A DNA stretch of 64,000 nt, taken from the NCBI GenBank assembly GCA_030248215.1, contig JASANG010003910.1, positions 124,001-188,000 of the forward strand. Reading direction: 5' to 3'. This stretch comes from Enoplolaimus lenunculus (lineage: Eukaryota). Each line of letters opens with the position of its first letter. Positions within the stretch are counted from its first letter, which is position 1. Under the pieces are notes generated by a model. It did no database searches. It was not told the origin of the DNA and saw only the letters and a list, made by a program, of their open reading frames with translations. The position numbers and the translations under genes were made by a program. Below are positions 11,046-21,923 of this stretch, piece after piece.

Positions 11046-12355
11046 GTTACCGAAGAGGCGTTTAAAAGCCTCATCAGCAACCCTTACAATGAACTAAATT
11101 TCAGCAGCTTCACTATTTCACGAAACAAATATAATGCCGAAGTGTTCAGCTTAACTTCTACTAAACGATTTAAATTTACCTTGAATAAGAGACTTCTATG
11201 CAATGACTTGACGACTCGTTGCATTGGTGACAAGTCTGTTAAACGCAACGAACTTGCTTAATTCGTACCCACATTTTGATTCTGCGAAATGCTGATTACG
11301 TTGGTTGAATGTGCTACTATTTTTTATATTACTACTTTATGAAGGTTATAACTCTTATCGATGGCTATAACTTCTTGTTTGTACTTAGTTATATCTACTT
11401 GGAGTTAATTGTAACTACTTGCAGCTGATTACAACTACATGCATGGAGTTATAATCACTTGCAGGTAGTTATAACTACTTCCTGATGGTGATTATCTCTT
11501 TCCTTTATGTTTGTGCAGTAGTGTCTTGCACAACAAAATATACGCATGTGCAAAATATTGAGGGGGAGGTATATTTCAATATTAGGTCAAAGGTGTGGTA
11601 AAATTACGTTTTATATGACAAAATTGAAAAATGCACTGTTTTTTGTATAATTTTGAAACCAGATATTAACCTGCTGCAAGTAAGAAAATGCTGAAATTTA
11701 GCCATGCATGGTTGTATGAACCAGTGCAAATTTTCGAAGTACCCCTTCTCTTGTCATTATATAATTCATTTTTGAACTGAATTCTTCAAAATTAAAGTTA
11801 ACTCCATGACTTTGTTTTTTTGAGCGTTTTGCTTTCTTTTTTTCAATTTTCTACGGTAGTTATCAACATTTGATTTCATACCTAAATTTGGAATACGATT
11901 AATTGATCCAACAATCTTGGCATCATCATGTTTCTCAATTTGGTCCACAACTACGACACTATCATTCCTGTCAGTTTGTTCCAAAATCATGACATCATCA
12001 TCATCATCATCTGTATCCGTAACAATTATAACATCATCATCAACTGTGTCGGTTTGCGACGAAACAGTTTCATTGTCAGCAGAATATTCATTTGAAACAA
12101 TAGGTAAGTCATTCGCGTTTGTCACAACTGAAATCAGGCATACCTTGCCTAGACAATGGCTGATATGCTTTGGATCGATAGCCTAAATAGACATATTAGT
12201 TAAAGGAAATGTGATGACCAATATTTAGATCAAGAGGCATTCATGGATATGTAATGGTGCTTTCGCTATCGAACCATTAAATTTATTAGTACTTTTCGCG
12301 TAACCTAATACCTGTTAGACAGCTATTGCAAAAATATCTCTGTAAATATGTATAT

Positions 12356-12477
12356 CAGGGTGCAACCGGAGGTGAAAAACACCGGAGCTGAAGCCAAACG
12401 TCAACGAAACTTGCCGAAGCCGGAGGCCGATTTTCTGCTGGAGCTGGATACGAAGGCAGACGTCCGGTTGTACCCTG
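12356..12477. mobile_element. hAT-type MITE (family A, short copy)
   Basis: TIR CAGGGTGCAACCGG / CCGGTTGTACCCTG; 8-bp TSD ATGTATAT at 12348-12355 and 12478-12485. Confidence 0.85.
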
Positions 12478-12679
12478 ATGTATATGTCGACTTACTATTA
12501 CTTTCCATAAGTGAATTAATGTTGAGGTCCATTTGGTAATATCACTGTTGCTTCGTATGATAATTTCTTTGGGCTCCGTATAACTGTTGCACTAAGTGCC
12601 ACTATGAATTTTGTCCCATTACGTGCATCAACAACAAAATGATTTCTGCATAACATACAATCGCTCTGGTTTGGTTCAC

Positions 12680-12775
12680 TGATGATGATGATGTTGTTGT
12701 TGTTATTGTAGTTGTTATTGATGTTGTTGTCGTTGTTGTTGGGTGTTGTTTTTGTTGTTGTTGTTATTGTTGTTT

Positions 12776-12810
<35 letters not shown>

Positions 12811-13560
12811 GATGATGATGAGGTCATTGCTAATGATCGGGCTTCCATCGTAGCATTCACTTGTGTTTACATCGCTGTAGAATTGGTGATTGTCAATCAT
12901 TAGTTCGTTAAAAGCAAAGGAGCCATTACAGTCCTCACTATTGCTGTTGTTGTTGCTATTGTTGTTGCTGACGTTATTGTTGTTGTTATTTCTGAAGCTG
13001 TAGCTATTGTTGCTAATGTTGCTGTTGCTGCTGTGGCTGAAGTTGCAGCTATTGTTGCTAACGTTGCTGTTGCTGCTGTGGCTGAGGTTGCAGCTATTGT
13101 TGCTAACGTTGCTGTTGCTTCTGTGGCCGAGGTAGCTGTTGCTGAGGTTGCTGACGTTGATGTAGCCATGGTTGAAGTTGCTACTATTGTTGTCGACGTT
13201 TTTGTGGCTGAAGTTGTTGCTATTGTTGTCGTCGTTGTTGTTGTTGTTGATGATTTCGTCATTGCTAACGATCGGGCTTCCACCGTTGCATTCACTTGCG
13301 TTTACATCGCTATAGAATTGGTGAGTTAATCATTATAGTTCATTAAAAGCAAAGGAGCCATTACAGTCCTCACTATTGCTGTTGTTGTTGCTATTGTTAT
13401 TGCTGACGTTATTGTTGTTGTTTCTGAAGTTGTAGCTATTGTTACTAATGTTGTTGTTGCTGCTGTGGCTGAAGTTGCAGCTATTGTTGCTAACGCTGCT
13501 GTTGCTGCTGTGGCTGAGGTTGCTGTTGCTGAGGTCGCTGTTGCTGCTGCCATGGTTGAA
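12680..13560. repeat. GTT/GCT trinucleotide-rich minisatellite with a duplicated ~420-bp unit
   Basis: (gtt)n at ~12780-12810. The blocks cattgctaa-gatcgggcttcca and aaaagcaaaggagccattacagtcctcactattgct each occur twice, ~435 bp apart. Confidence 0.85.
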
Positions 13561-15867
13561 ATTTATACTATTGTTACGGGGCGTCATTTCAGGCCACCCA
13601 CTTCAAAAAGTTTCTGCTTCTGTTTCTTAGTTACTGTCGCCCCTTGTGCAAACTCCAAAGTGTGTGGTCGTCATAGTTTCATTGAACGACAATTTTGGTT
13701 GCAATTAAGACACCGTTTTCAAAGTTTTGTTGTCGATAGTATACTTTTCGTTTAATTATACTTTTCGTTTAAAGTTTGAATATTTTTACAAACAGAAACG
13801 GACGCATGCGCAATATTGTGGTGTTGATATCAAGGTGACATTCTGCTCGCCTGCGGGTGTCAAAGTTTGATAAATATTACTCGCAACTTTAAGTTTTAAA
13901 AGATTTTATTGCAAAAATGTTATCGTTCACGCAGAAAAAAGGAGATATTTCGTTTAAAATACAAAAGTTCGACCACTAATGAGTCTATTAATTACTTTAT
14001 AAAAATGGGTGCAGTACAACTATAAAAGAAGATGTAGCACCAGCTTTTAGCTTCAGTTTGAAAAAGTGAAATTTTCCGAGAGTGCAAGTCAATAGTGTTT
14101 GTAAGCGTTTGTTTTTCTGTTTTTTGTATACATCAATTGATTTTAACTGAAAGTTCATGCGGTGGTTATCCTATACTTACTGGTAAGTCAAGTTTAATGT
14201 TTCAAAATACAGATTAATTTATTAAAGAAGCCTAGATGGGCGCTTCACTACTTATCAATTGGTTCTGAAAATAATTTTAGAAACTTTATTATCATAGAAA
14301 AATTGAACATTGACTACAGACTTTTGGGTGCTTTACGATTTTATCTTGTGATGTTAATTCGAAATTAGGATTTTGATTTCGCCATTAAAACAATTGCCAT
14401 AGTAACCGAAACGTAACACTATTGTTGTTGACGTTGTTGTGGCTGAAGTTGCTGCTATTGTTGTGGCCGAAGTTGCCACTATTGTTGTTGCTGACGTCGT
14501 TTTGGCTAAAGTTGTAGTTATTGTTGTTGCTGACGTTAATGTTACCATGGTTGAAGTTGCTACTATTGTTGCCGACGTTGTTGTGGCTGAAGTTGCTGCT
14601 ATTGTTGTTGTTGATGATGCTGTTGCTGTGGTTGAAGTTGTTGTTGTTATTATTGTTGTTGTTGATGTTGTAGCCATGGTTGAAGTTGTTGTTGCTGCAG
14701 ATGTGGCTGCTGCTGCTGCTGACGAGGTCATTACCTTCATCATCACTTTCGATGTTAATTAAAGGTACTATATTATTCATATTTTTAAAATAGCTAAAAA
14801 GTTGTAACTTTCCAACATATAATCCGTGTGTTCAGAGCTAATGCATATTATCATCTATACCTAACCAGCAGCATTGTCGACTTTTGCCAAACCTGGAACT
14901 GGATATCCGTCACCTAACGACATATGCTGTTTTTACAAATTGTGTGGTAGCCTGTAATAACTTTGTTTATAAATTTTTCATGGCAGTTCTTAAATTTCTG
15001 ATTGCCAAGATTTATGCAACAATAATCCTGAAACCTAACTTTTAGAGCTCCAAAATTTTTAAGAAATTATTATATTCAATAACTTCAACAAAAATATTTA
15101 CTTAAAAGTTTGAAAACGCCTTTTTAATCCAAATCACGAGTTATTGTTATGGCGTCTTTGTCAATGTTTTTGTAAAATTATTGATTAAAATATTTATCAA
15201 AAATATTTACAAAAGACGGATAATAAAAACTCGTGATTTGGATCTAAAAGGCGTTTTCAAGCTTTTAACTAAATATTTTTGTAAAATGTTTCCAAAATTA
15301 GAAAATATAATAGCTTGAATATAAATTTTGTGCTTTAGAAACTAAATATATTAAGTATTAAGAAAAGCTTCATAACGGTAGGACAAAGCTTGCAAGCTAG
15401 CAATACATACAGATAAAAACATGGGCGGTACTGTTGAAGAATCAAAAAAGTTTTGCCTTTTAATAGTGCAAGAAAGGTATACGTCACTACCTATAGATGA
15501 CAGAACCTATACTAAAACATAAATATAGACTTATCATACAGTACGTGTAGTAAAATTTGAAGTTTGGCATAGAATTTTATGTAGTACGGCAAGGCAACAC
15601 CTCACTAAACTTTTATGTTAAACCGGAAATAACCATATTTGTTTTTCCAGAATTGCTAGAGTTCAACTGATAAGTAGGATGCAACAGGAACTAAAATTGC
15701 TGGAGCCGCAGATCAGCATCATTAACAAAGTTGTGTTTATCACAAAACTCTTTGGCAATATCAATTAGACACGTAAACTTGGTTGGCTGTAACGTTTTTG
15801 CGTACATATTGAAAGGCGAAGGTTAAAAACTAAACGCAATTGCTGGCAGCTGAACTATACAAATGAG

Positions 15868-16588
15868 TAAATTCCCAGAAAATTATAGACGTTTTAGTAA
15901 AACGTTTTTGTAACTGTTATCACTACGTAAGCGACGCTACTAAGATTGACGATTAAAATGTCAATTAATGCCAAGAAATATCCTTCATAGAAAATTAATC
16001 AAACAAAGGTTTAAGGTTTGATAGCAATGTACGCGACGCCACGTAACCGTGTACTAACAAGACTGACGGTGGTCCGTACATAGAACTGGAACTTAACAGT
16101 AGTATAAGCATATTTCTAAGCGTAAGCCTAAACCTAAGCCTAAGCGAAAATATGAGCCTATACCTAAGCCAAAGCAAAAAATTAGTCTATAGCTTACTCT
16201 ATCACAGTCCCTCGGGAAAGGTTACAAAAAATTAAATTCCTAGAAAACTATACACGTTTTAGTAAACAAGACGTTTTTCTAGCTGTTATCACTAGGTAAG
16301 CGATGCTACTAGGATTGGAAATTAAAATGTCAATAAATGCCAAGAAATATACTTCATAGAAAATTAATCAAGCAAAGGTTTAAGGTTTGATGTCAATGTA
16401 CGGGCGCCACATAGCCGGGTACTAACAAGACTGACGGTGGTCCCTACATAGAACAGGGTCGTAACAGTATAAGCATATTTCTAAACGTAAGCCTAAACCT
16501 AAGCCTAAGCGGAAAGATGAGCCTATACCTAAGGCAAAGCAAAAAAAATGGTCTAAAGCTTATACTATTACAGTCCTCGGGAAAGGTT
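15868..16588. repeat. Tandem duplication of a ~365-bp unit containing a CCTAAG/CCTAAA-rich interspersed repeat
   Basis: 15868-16222 and 16234-16588 align throughout. A related reverse-oriented copy lies at ~28965-29097 (cagggtcgtaacag...aagcatat...gtctaaagctta). Confidence 0.85.
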
Positions 16589-17161
16589 CCAATCCTGTTC
16601 TATACATGGGCCGATTCGATTGTTGAAATCTTCCCGGCCCTCTAACACCTCATTTTTCTCTATTTGCACAAACACACAAACACTTCAGAAATAAATTTAC
16701 TTTTATTTTTACATAAGTGTTATTCAAATACATTCAATTTTATAGATGATGGTATAACAGTAAGGTTTCTTACGCTAAACCAATGCTTAAGCATGCTCAA
16801 TAGTACCTGTCAATGGTTGAGTCCAATGTTATGTTTTAAGACAACAGTTCTAGTTCACGCATATTCCTAAACGTAAGCGTAAAAATAAGTGTTAATATCT
16901 ATGCCCCCAACCAAAAGATTCGACAAGCATCATTGTTTCTTCATTCAAATTGGTTGAAAATTGAGCCTGAAAGCAAATTTTGAAATTAAATATTAGGTTC
17001 AGTGGTTAAAATACAGTGGGCATAAATATAACTAGTGTATATGCAACAGTTTTTTGTGTATTAACATAAGTATGAGTAGTTATAGCCCCGTCATGGAACC
17101 CTACGCGAATGCATTTACCATATTCCTTTAAAACGTTAGCCATCAATGATTATTGTTTCTG

Positions 17162-17243
17162 TCTGATGACTATTAGTCACATAAAAGACCCACCCATGGG
17201 ACCCGCATTCGCGTAGGGTTCCATGGCGAGAATTATAACTACT
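17162..17243 (-). repeat. Right TIR of the Polinton
   Basis: Reverse complement of the left TIR; ends in ACTACT, followed directly by the TSD TCTGTG. Confidence 0.9.
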
Positions 17244-17890
17244 TCTGTGTTTTAGTTTCCTTTAGTCGGCTGCCAGAGGCCTTTTGAAATTATTCAAAAA
17301 CATCAAAAACCACACTAACATCCGAAATCCTGCTTAGAAATATATTAGTGTGGTCGGCAAACTTAGTTTCTCGGGGTTAATGCCGTATAGTGGTATCCCC
17401 GAAATTCTTGAAGATATTCGAAGATAATGAGCTACCACTTCCGCTGTTATGATATATAATAACGGCGATAAGGGACACCCTTGTCGAATTCCGTGGAAAA
17501 CATGAAGAAATTCTGACTTAAAACCATTAACTATGATAGATGATCTTTTGATCATGTTTAAAAAGTTTTCACCAAAAATTCATGACCCTAAGTGTCTCGA
17601 AAATAATCGACCACTCCACCAAATCAAAAGCGGCTTTGTGATCAACGGATAGCAGCAACGCCTTTGCGTTGCTTTCATTGGCATAATGAATAACAGACAT
17701 GACATGTACAACACTGTCTTGGATAATTCTGTCGGGAACCGAGCTTGTCTGATCCGGGTGGTCTAAAGTTTTCATGGCAGATTCTAATCTTTTTGCCAAA
17801 ACTTTCGTAAAAATCTTATAATCTATATTCAGCAACGTAACTGGCCGCCAATTATCGCGACACGTTTTCGCTCCATTCCCTTTATATAAT
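17244..17890 (-). pseudogene. LINE ORF2 reverse transcriptase core, frameshifted
   Basis: NWRPVTLLNIDYKIFTKVLAKRL, HPDQTSSVPDRIIQD, LLSVDHKAAFDLVEW, GIRQGCPLSPLLY, degenerate catalytic motif KFADHTNIF. Confidence 0.93.
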
Positions 17891-18276
17891 GTGTCATCCA
17901 CGTTAAAATGTGCGCACTAATGTAAGAAATTGTCCAACCACCCGGTAGGGATCTGTGTACATATCGAAGCTGCAACTAGGGTGTAGGTACAATTTTGTGC
18001 GGTACGTAGACACTGTTAATTGTCCCGACACTGTCCGAAGGTCAGAACAAAAGGTTAAAAATTAAGAAAAATAATTAAGTGTATATATGTGTTTGTGTTG
18101 TTGTTATGTATGTTTGCGATGCTATATGAACACAGTGCAATATGTCTTTACGTCCTCCTTAGGGACTACCGGACTTTATAGTGGTCTCAGAATAGAGTGT
18201 GTTAAAACGACATGGGGCCTTACTCAGACCAGGACAAATTCTTATAATAGCGCACGCATTATACCGTAGATGACCC
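17891..18276. mobile_element. 386-bp non-autonomous TIR element (GRG-like termini, Sola2-like), 5-bp TSD
   Basis: Termini GTGTCATCCACGTTAAAATG and (reverse complement) GGGTCATCTACGGTATAATG. ATAAT is duplicated at 17886-17890 and 18277-18281. Removal restores the LINE frame ITLLYKGNG...DNWRPV. The superfamily is tentative. Confidence 0.82.
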
Positions 18277-18921
18277 ATAATAGGGTAATAACACCATCAT
18301 ATGCAGAGGAATTAAGCTTAAGATCATGCAAGAAAGCTTTGTACATTTTACACAAAAATTCAGATAATATTCCACAAAACAGCCAATAGAATTCAACAGG
18401 AATACCATCGTACACCGGCGTCTTTTTACCCTGCATGGATTTAATAGCGCTCGCTATTTCAACTGACGTAATGGGTCCCTCTAAAGTATTTTTCCACCTC
18501 ACTCAACTTGGAAAGACCATTTTGTGCCAGAAAAAATGTGAGATCTTCTCCGCTTGTCCCTTCCGATCTGAATACGTTGGAATACTGCTCAGTAATTTCA
18601 CCTAGAACTGCATCTGAGTCTGTTACTAACGTGCCATCAGACCTTTCGATCGAGCTTATATGCCTGGCTTCCCAGTTCTTACGTTGAAGAGACTTGGCTG
18701 TTGCTAACGAGGCATTGTCATTTACCTCACTGCTGTAATAAGTATTATGCCTGCAAGAAGCAATATAAAATGCGTTCAATAATTCGATTTCATTTTTTAG
18801 CTTTTGCTTTTTAAGAACCGATCTGAGATTCGGATATTTGGATACTGCCATATCAGCATTTGTACATTAATAACTTGGCTCTCTACTGATTTCCTCAACA
18901 TGTCGTGTTCTTTAGCTTTAT
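18277..18921 (-). pseudogene. LINE ORF2 EN-RT linker and RT domain 0
   Basis: ISSIERSDGTLVTD...EITEQYSNVF; LEGPITSVEIASAIKSMQGKKTPVYDGIPVEFY (the KSPGPDG motif). Confidence 0.9.
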
Positions 18922-20259
18922 GAGTCGTCCACTTTATCTTGCGCCCGCGTTGAGGAAAATGAATCGGTGTAAACCCGCATGGAAAATTGCAAAAGTTAAA
19001 TTTTTAATAGAATAGGAAATTGAAAAATTGTTTTAAAATTTAACATTTCAGTTTCCCACTACGGTTCTAAAGTTGTCCCGTACTAGTAAATTGTAGTTCA
19101 AGATTCTTATCAAATTACTAGTACGGTCACTGTAAATTGACCTCAGAGGTCAATTAAAATCACAAAATTTTAAACACATGAGTTGATTTATTTAATTATA
19201 ATAATAATCGACGGCAGTGGTAAATTGAAATTTTAGACGCAGATGATTATATTTACCCGATTTTCGAATAAATTTTCAATAAATTAAAAGTACATAAGTA
19301 TATTTTCCCCACTTAGATTTCTAAAATTTTAAGGCAAAATTAAAAATTTCTACAAATCAGAAAGGTTAAGAGTTCAACAGCAATGTGTTCGTCATGTGTG
19401 GCCTCGTGGGTGGTCGTGCAGGTGTAGGTAAGTATGAAGTTTAAAGTATATGTCATTATTGATGGCACTACCGAAAAGGTAACCAAGGATCCAACACGCC
19501 TAAACACATCTTTGCTTAAAGCCTAAGCGTTAAACATTTCTTTGCTTAAAGCCTAAGCGTTCTATATTTTAATTGATGCGGCCAATGTTACTTGAAGCAG
19601 AAGGCCAATGTTACTTTTAGTTGTTTTAGAAAAACAAACATAAGTTTTTTAATTACGGCAACATGATTAATCCGGAACCCGGCTGTTCTGCTGAGATTGG
19701 AACACTGCGCTTTAATATGCGACACTATGAACTTTTACTTGATACATATTACATTTGACAACATGCAGTTGTTAAATGTATATAAACTTCCGGAATATGG
19801 CTTAGGTAAATAATTCTTGAAGCAGAATGCCAATGTTACTTTTAGTTGCATAAACAGTAGATTAAGCGTATTCCTAAACCTAAGCGTTGCAAAATGTGTA
19901 CCAAAGCCTAAGCCTAAGGAAAAAACTGTAATTTAGAATCAAATCCTACTTTTACAGAGCCATCAAAACCTTGACGTCCCTACAAGTAACATGGGCTTTG
20001 AAAGTAATACATTCACTATGAACTTTTCCTTGATTACATATTCCATTTAACAACATGCAATTGTTAAATGCATATAAAACTTCCGGAAAATGGCTTACGT
20101 AAATAATTCTTGGAGCAGAAGGCCAATGTTACTTTTAATTGTTTTAGAAAAAACAAAGTTTTTTAATTACGGCAACATGTTTACTCCGGAACCCGGCGGT
20201 TCTGTTGAGATTGGAACACTGCACTTTAATATGCAACACTATGAACTTTTACTTGATAG

Positions 20260-21923
20260 AAACGGAATAATCGTGAAGCTAATGGGGGAAGTGGTAAATG
20301 GCTGAACCGAAAATTGCGGTCGAATTCAATTTATAATTTGCCGAATAACAGCAGAACTCCAGGATTCAGATTTGAAAATGGAACATCACAAACGCCTGAC
20401 CTTATTCGTGGATGTGAAGACCAGTTCGATAGGAGATTGTTGGATACATTGACTAATGCAAATGCAACTAACCTGGACACCGGATTGGTCACTGGGCTAG
20501 CAGCGGCCGTACTTCCTTGCTGTCGACGAAATCTAAGAGTAAGCGAATGTTATAAATGTTTATAAGCACCCGTGTCAAAAAATGAATTTTGCCTGTATAA
20601 AAACCACAACACTAAAAATACAGAGTTGGCAAAGCTGCTAATTCTAGTGCTTGTAAAAGCATATATAAACTATTTTACAGATTGAGTGATGCGTATTATA
20701 AGAATGGACAGCCTTAAATAGTCTACCTTAAATTTGAACAGTTAATATCCTCTCTGACAACCAAAAAACAGCCTTAAATAGTCTACCTTAAATTTGAACG
20801 GTTTATTCTGAAAATTCAGATAAACAATGGTTTTTGAGTGAAGCGAAACTCCGAGCGAAGCTCGGAGTCTCGCGAAGCGTTTTATGTTTTGTACTTGGGG
20901 GTCGAAAGGTGGATGTCCGTCCGTCCGTCTGTCCGTCCGAAAAGAATCTCAGGAACGGCTAAACCGATTTTGATAAAATTTTTTTGTTTGAAAGCCAATT
21001 ATCCTGGGGTGTTAACCTCGCATTGAGGTTTTAAAATTTTGAGCCGTTTATTAGCTACAGGCTAATTTGCATAATTAATTAAGCATAAATTAGGACTTTC
21101 CACAATATTTCACTAATTATTACAGTTAGAAGCAATCTAATTTTAGCATTAAAGGGTTTTTGGTGCAAGAAATCTGCGTAGACTGTTTACAAACCTCCAA
21201 AACCGATAATTGAGCAGTTAGCTAATAGATAATTTGCATATTAACATAGTTTATAAGCCTAAATTAGGACATTTTACAATATTTCACTAATTATTAAGGT
21301 TAAAAACAATATAATTCCAGCATTAAAGGGTTTTTTGGTGCGAGGAATTTGAATAAATAGTTTACAAACCTCCAAAACCGATAATTGAATAGTTGGCTAA
21401 TAACAAATTTGCATATTAGCTTAATTCAAAAAACAAAATTAGGACTTTTTAAATTATTCCAAAAATTATTAGAGTGGCTGAAGGGTTTTGGGTGCGGGGA
21501 ATCCGAGGAAATTGCTTACAAACCTCCAAAACCGATAAATGAATAGTTAGCTAACAAGTAATTTGCATATTACCTTAATTGCTTACGTGCGTTCGAGCTT
21601 CGCTCAATAAATGTAGTCCCACTACGACTGGTTAGGTTAATTTTCAACAAATAGGTGGGCATGCCTGGGTGATTGAGCCACAGGAGTTTAGCTCGTCTTG
21701 CTGTATTGGACGGTGCATGGGACATGGAGGGTTTTATTCACTGGCGCATTCGTTGTACGCCTAAATAATGATGTCCACAGATGAAGTACGTAAAACTGGC
21801 AAAATGCCATGTTGTGTGCCAGTGGCTTTCGGTCCACTACTGGTAACAATCCGAGAGAACGCTGATGAAGAAGTGTTGAAATACCTTGAAAGTATCGTTG
21901 TTCGACAGTGTGGCTGCCTCTGA
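20260..21923 (+). pseudogene. TGF-beta superfamily ligand (cystine knot), two exons 20260-20538 and 21636-21923; one in-frame TAA at 21762-21764
   Basis: Joining aga|GTAAGC to TTAG|gtt (phase 0) gives ...RKLRSNS...RGCED...LPCCRRNLR|VNFQQIGGHAWVIEPQEFSSSCCIGRC...YA*IMM...MPCCVPVAFGPLLV...LESIVVRQCGCL*. All TGF-beta hallmarks are present (CC, W.I.P, CxGxC, PCCVP, CGC), plus an RxxR furin-type site. The 5' exon boundary is uncertain. Confidence 0.9.
20831..21633 (+). mobile_element. Helentron-associated interspersed element (HINE/DINE-1-like)
   Basis: Inserted in a T-run. Subterminal IR GAGCGAAGCTCG (~20853) / CGAGCTTCGCTC (~21594-21605); (GTCC)n microsatellite at 20915-20939; core ATCTCAGGAACGGCTAAACCGATTTTGA; three ~170-bp tandem units at 21085-21570; 3' hairpin GTAGTCCCACTAC then CTGGTT. 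Confidence 0.82.

Larger units (their letters stand above)
11766..14780 (-). pseudogene. Accessory gene region of the Polinton: Asn-rich (or Thr/Ala-rich) low-complexity blocks plus an acidic exon with SIM-like motifs; exon structure only partly resolved
   Basis: ORF 14385..14780 (MNNIVPLINIESDDE + poly-N); related repeat blocks at 12680-13560; possible donor ata|GTAAGT at ~12495 and acceptor TTTAG|gct at 12182, in frame with ORF 11766..12125 (DDDVIIV, DDDVMIL, SVVVVD, then RRKLKKRK). Confidence 0.45.
1346..17243. mobile_element. Polinton/Maverick (adintovirus-like) element, 15,898 bp, apparently defective (no pPolB/INT/PRO seen)
   Basis: TIRs at 1346-1426 and 17162-17243. The right end is ...TATAACTACT, i.e. 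AGTAGT on the other strand, the typical Polinton terminus; the left end is a decayed AATACT. Identical 6-bp TSD TCTGTG at 1340-1345 and 17244-17249. Removing the element restores the LINE RT frame (ASGSRLKETKTQ|ILLLG). Internal ATPase, major and minor capsid homologues. Confidence 0.93.

Noticed and set aside
12712..14762. Plus-strand Val/Ala/Leu-rich ORFs resembling membrane proteins
   Set aside because: Antisense shadows of the GTT/GCT repeats; low-complexity sequence stays open in several frames.
11050..17070. Expected pPolB, integrase or protease remnants
   Set aside because: No PolB (SLYP, KxxxNSxYG, YxDTDS), rve or adenain motifs were found in the ORF track or in the segments translated by hand. 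Heavily decayed remnants cannot be excluded without an HMM search.
17890..18277. Solo LTR reading (TG...CA) of the 386-bp insert
   Set aside because: With TG/CA ends the flanks (ATAA / TAAT) are not a duplication. TIRs plus a 5-bp ATAAT TSD restore the LINE frame.
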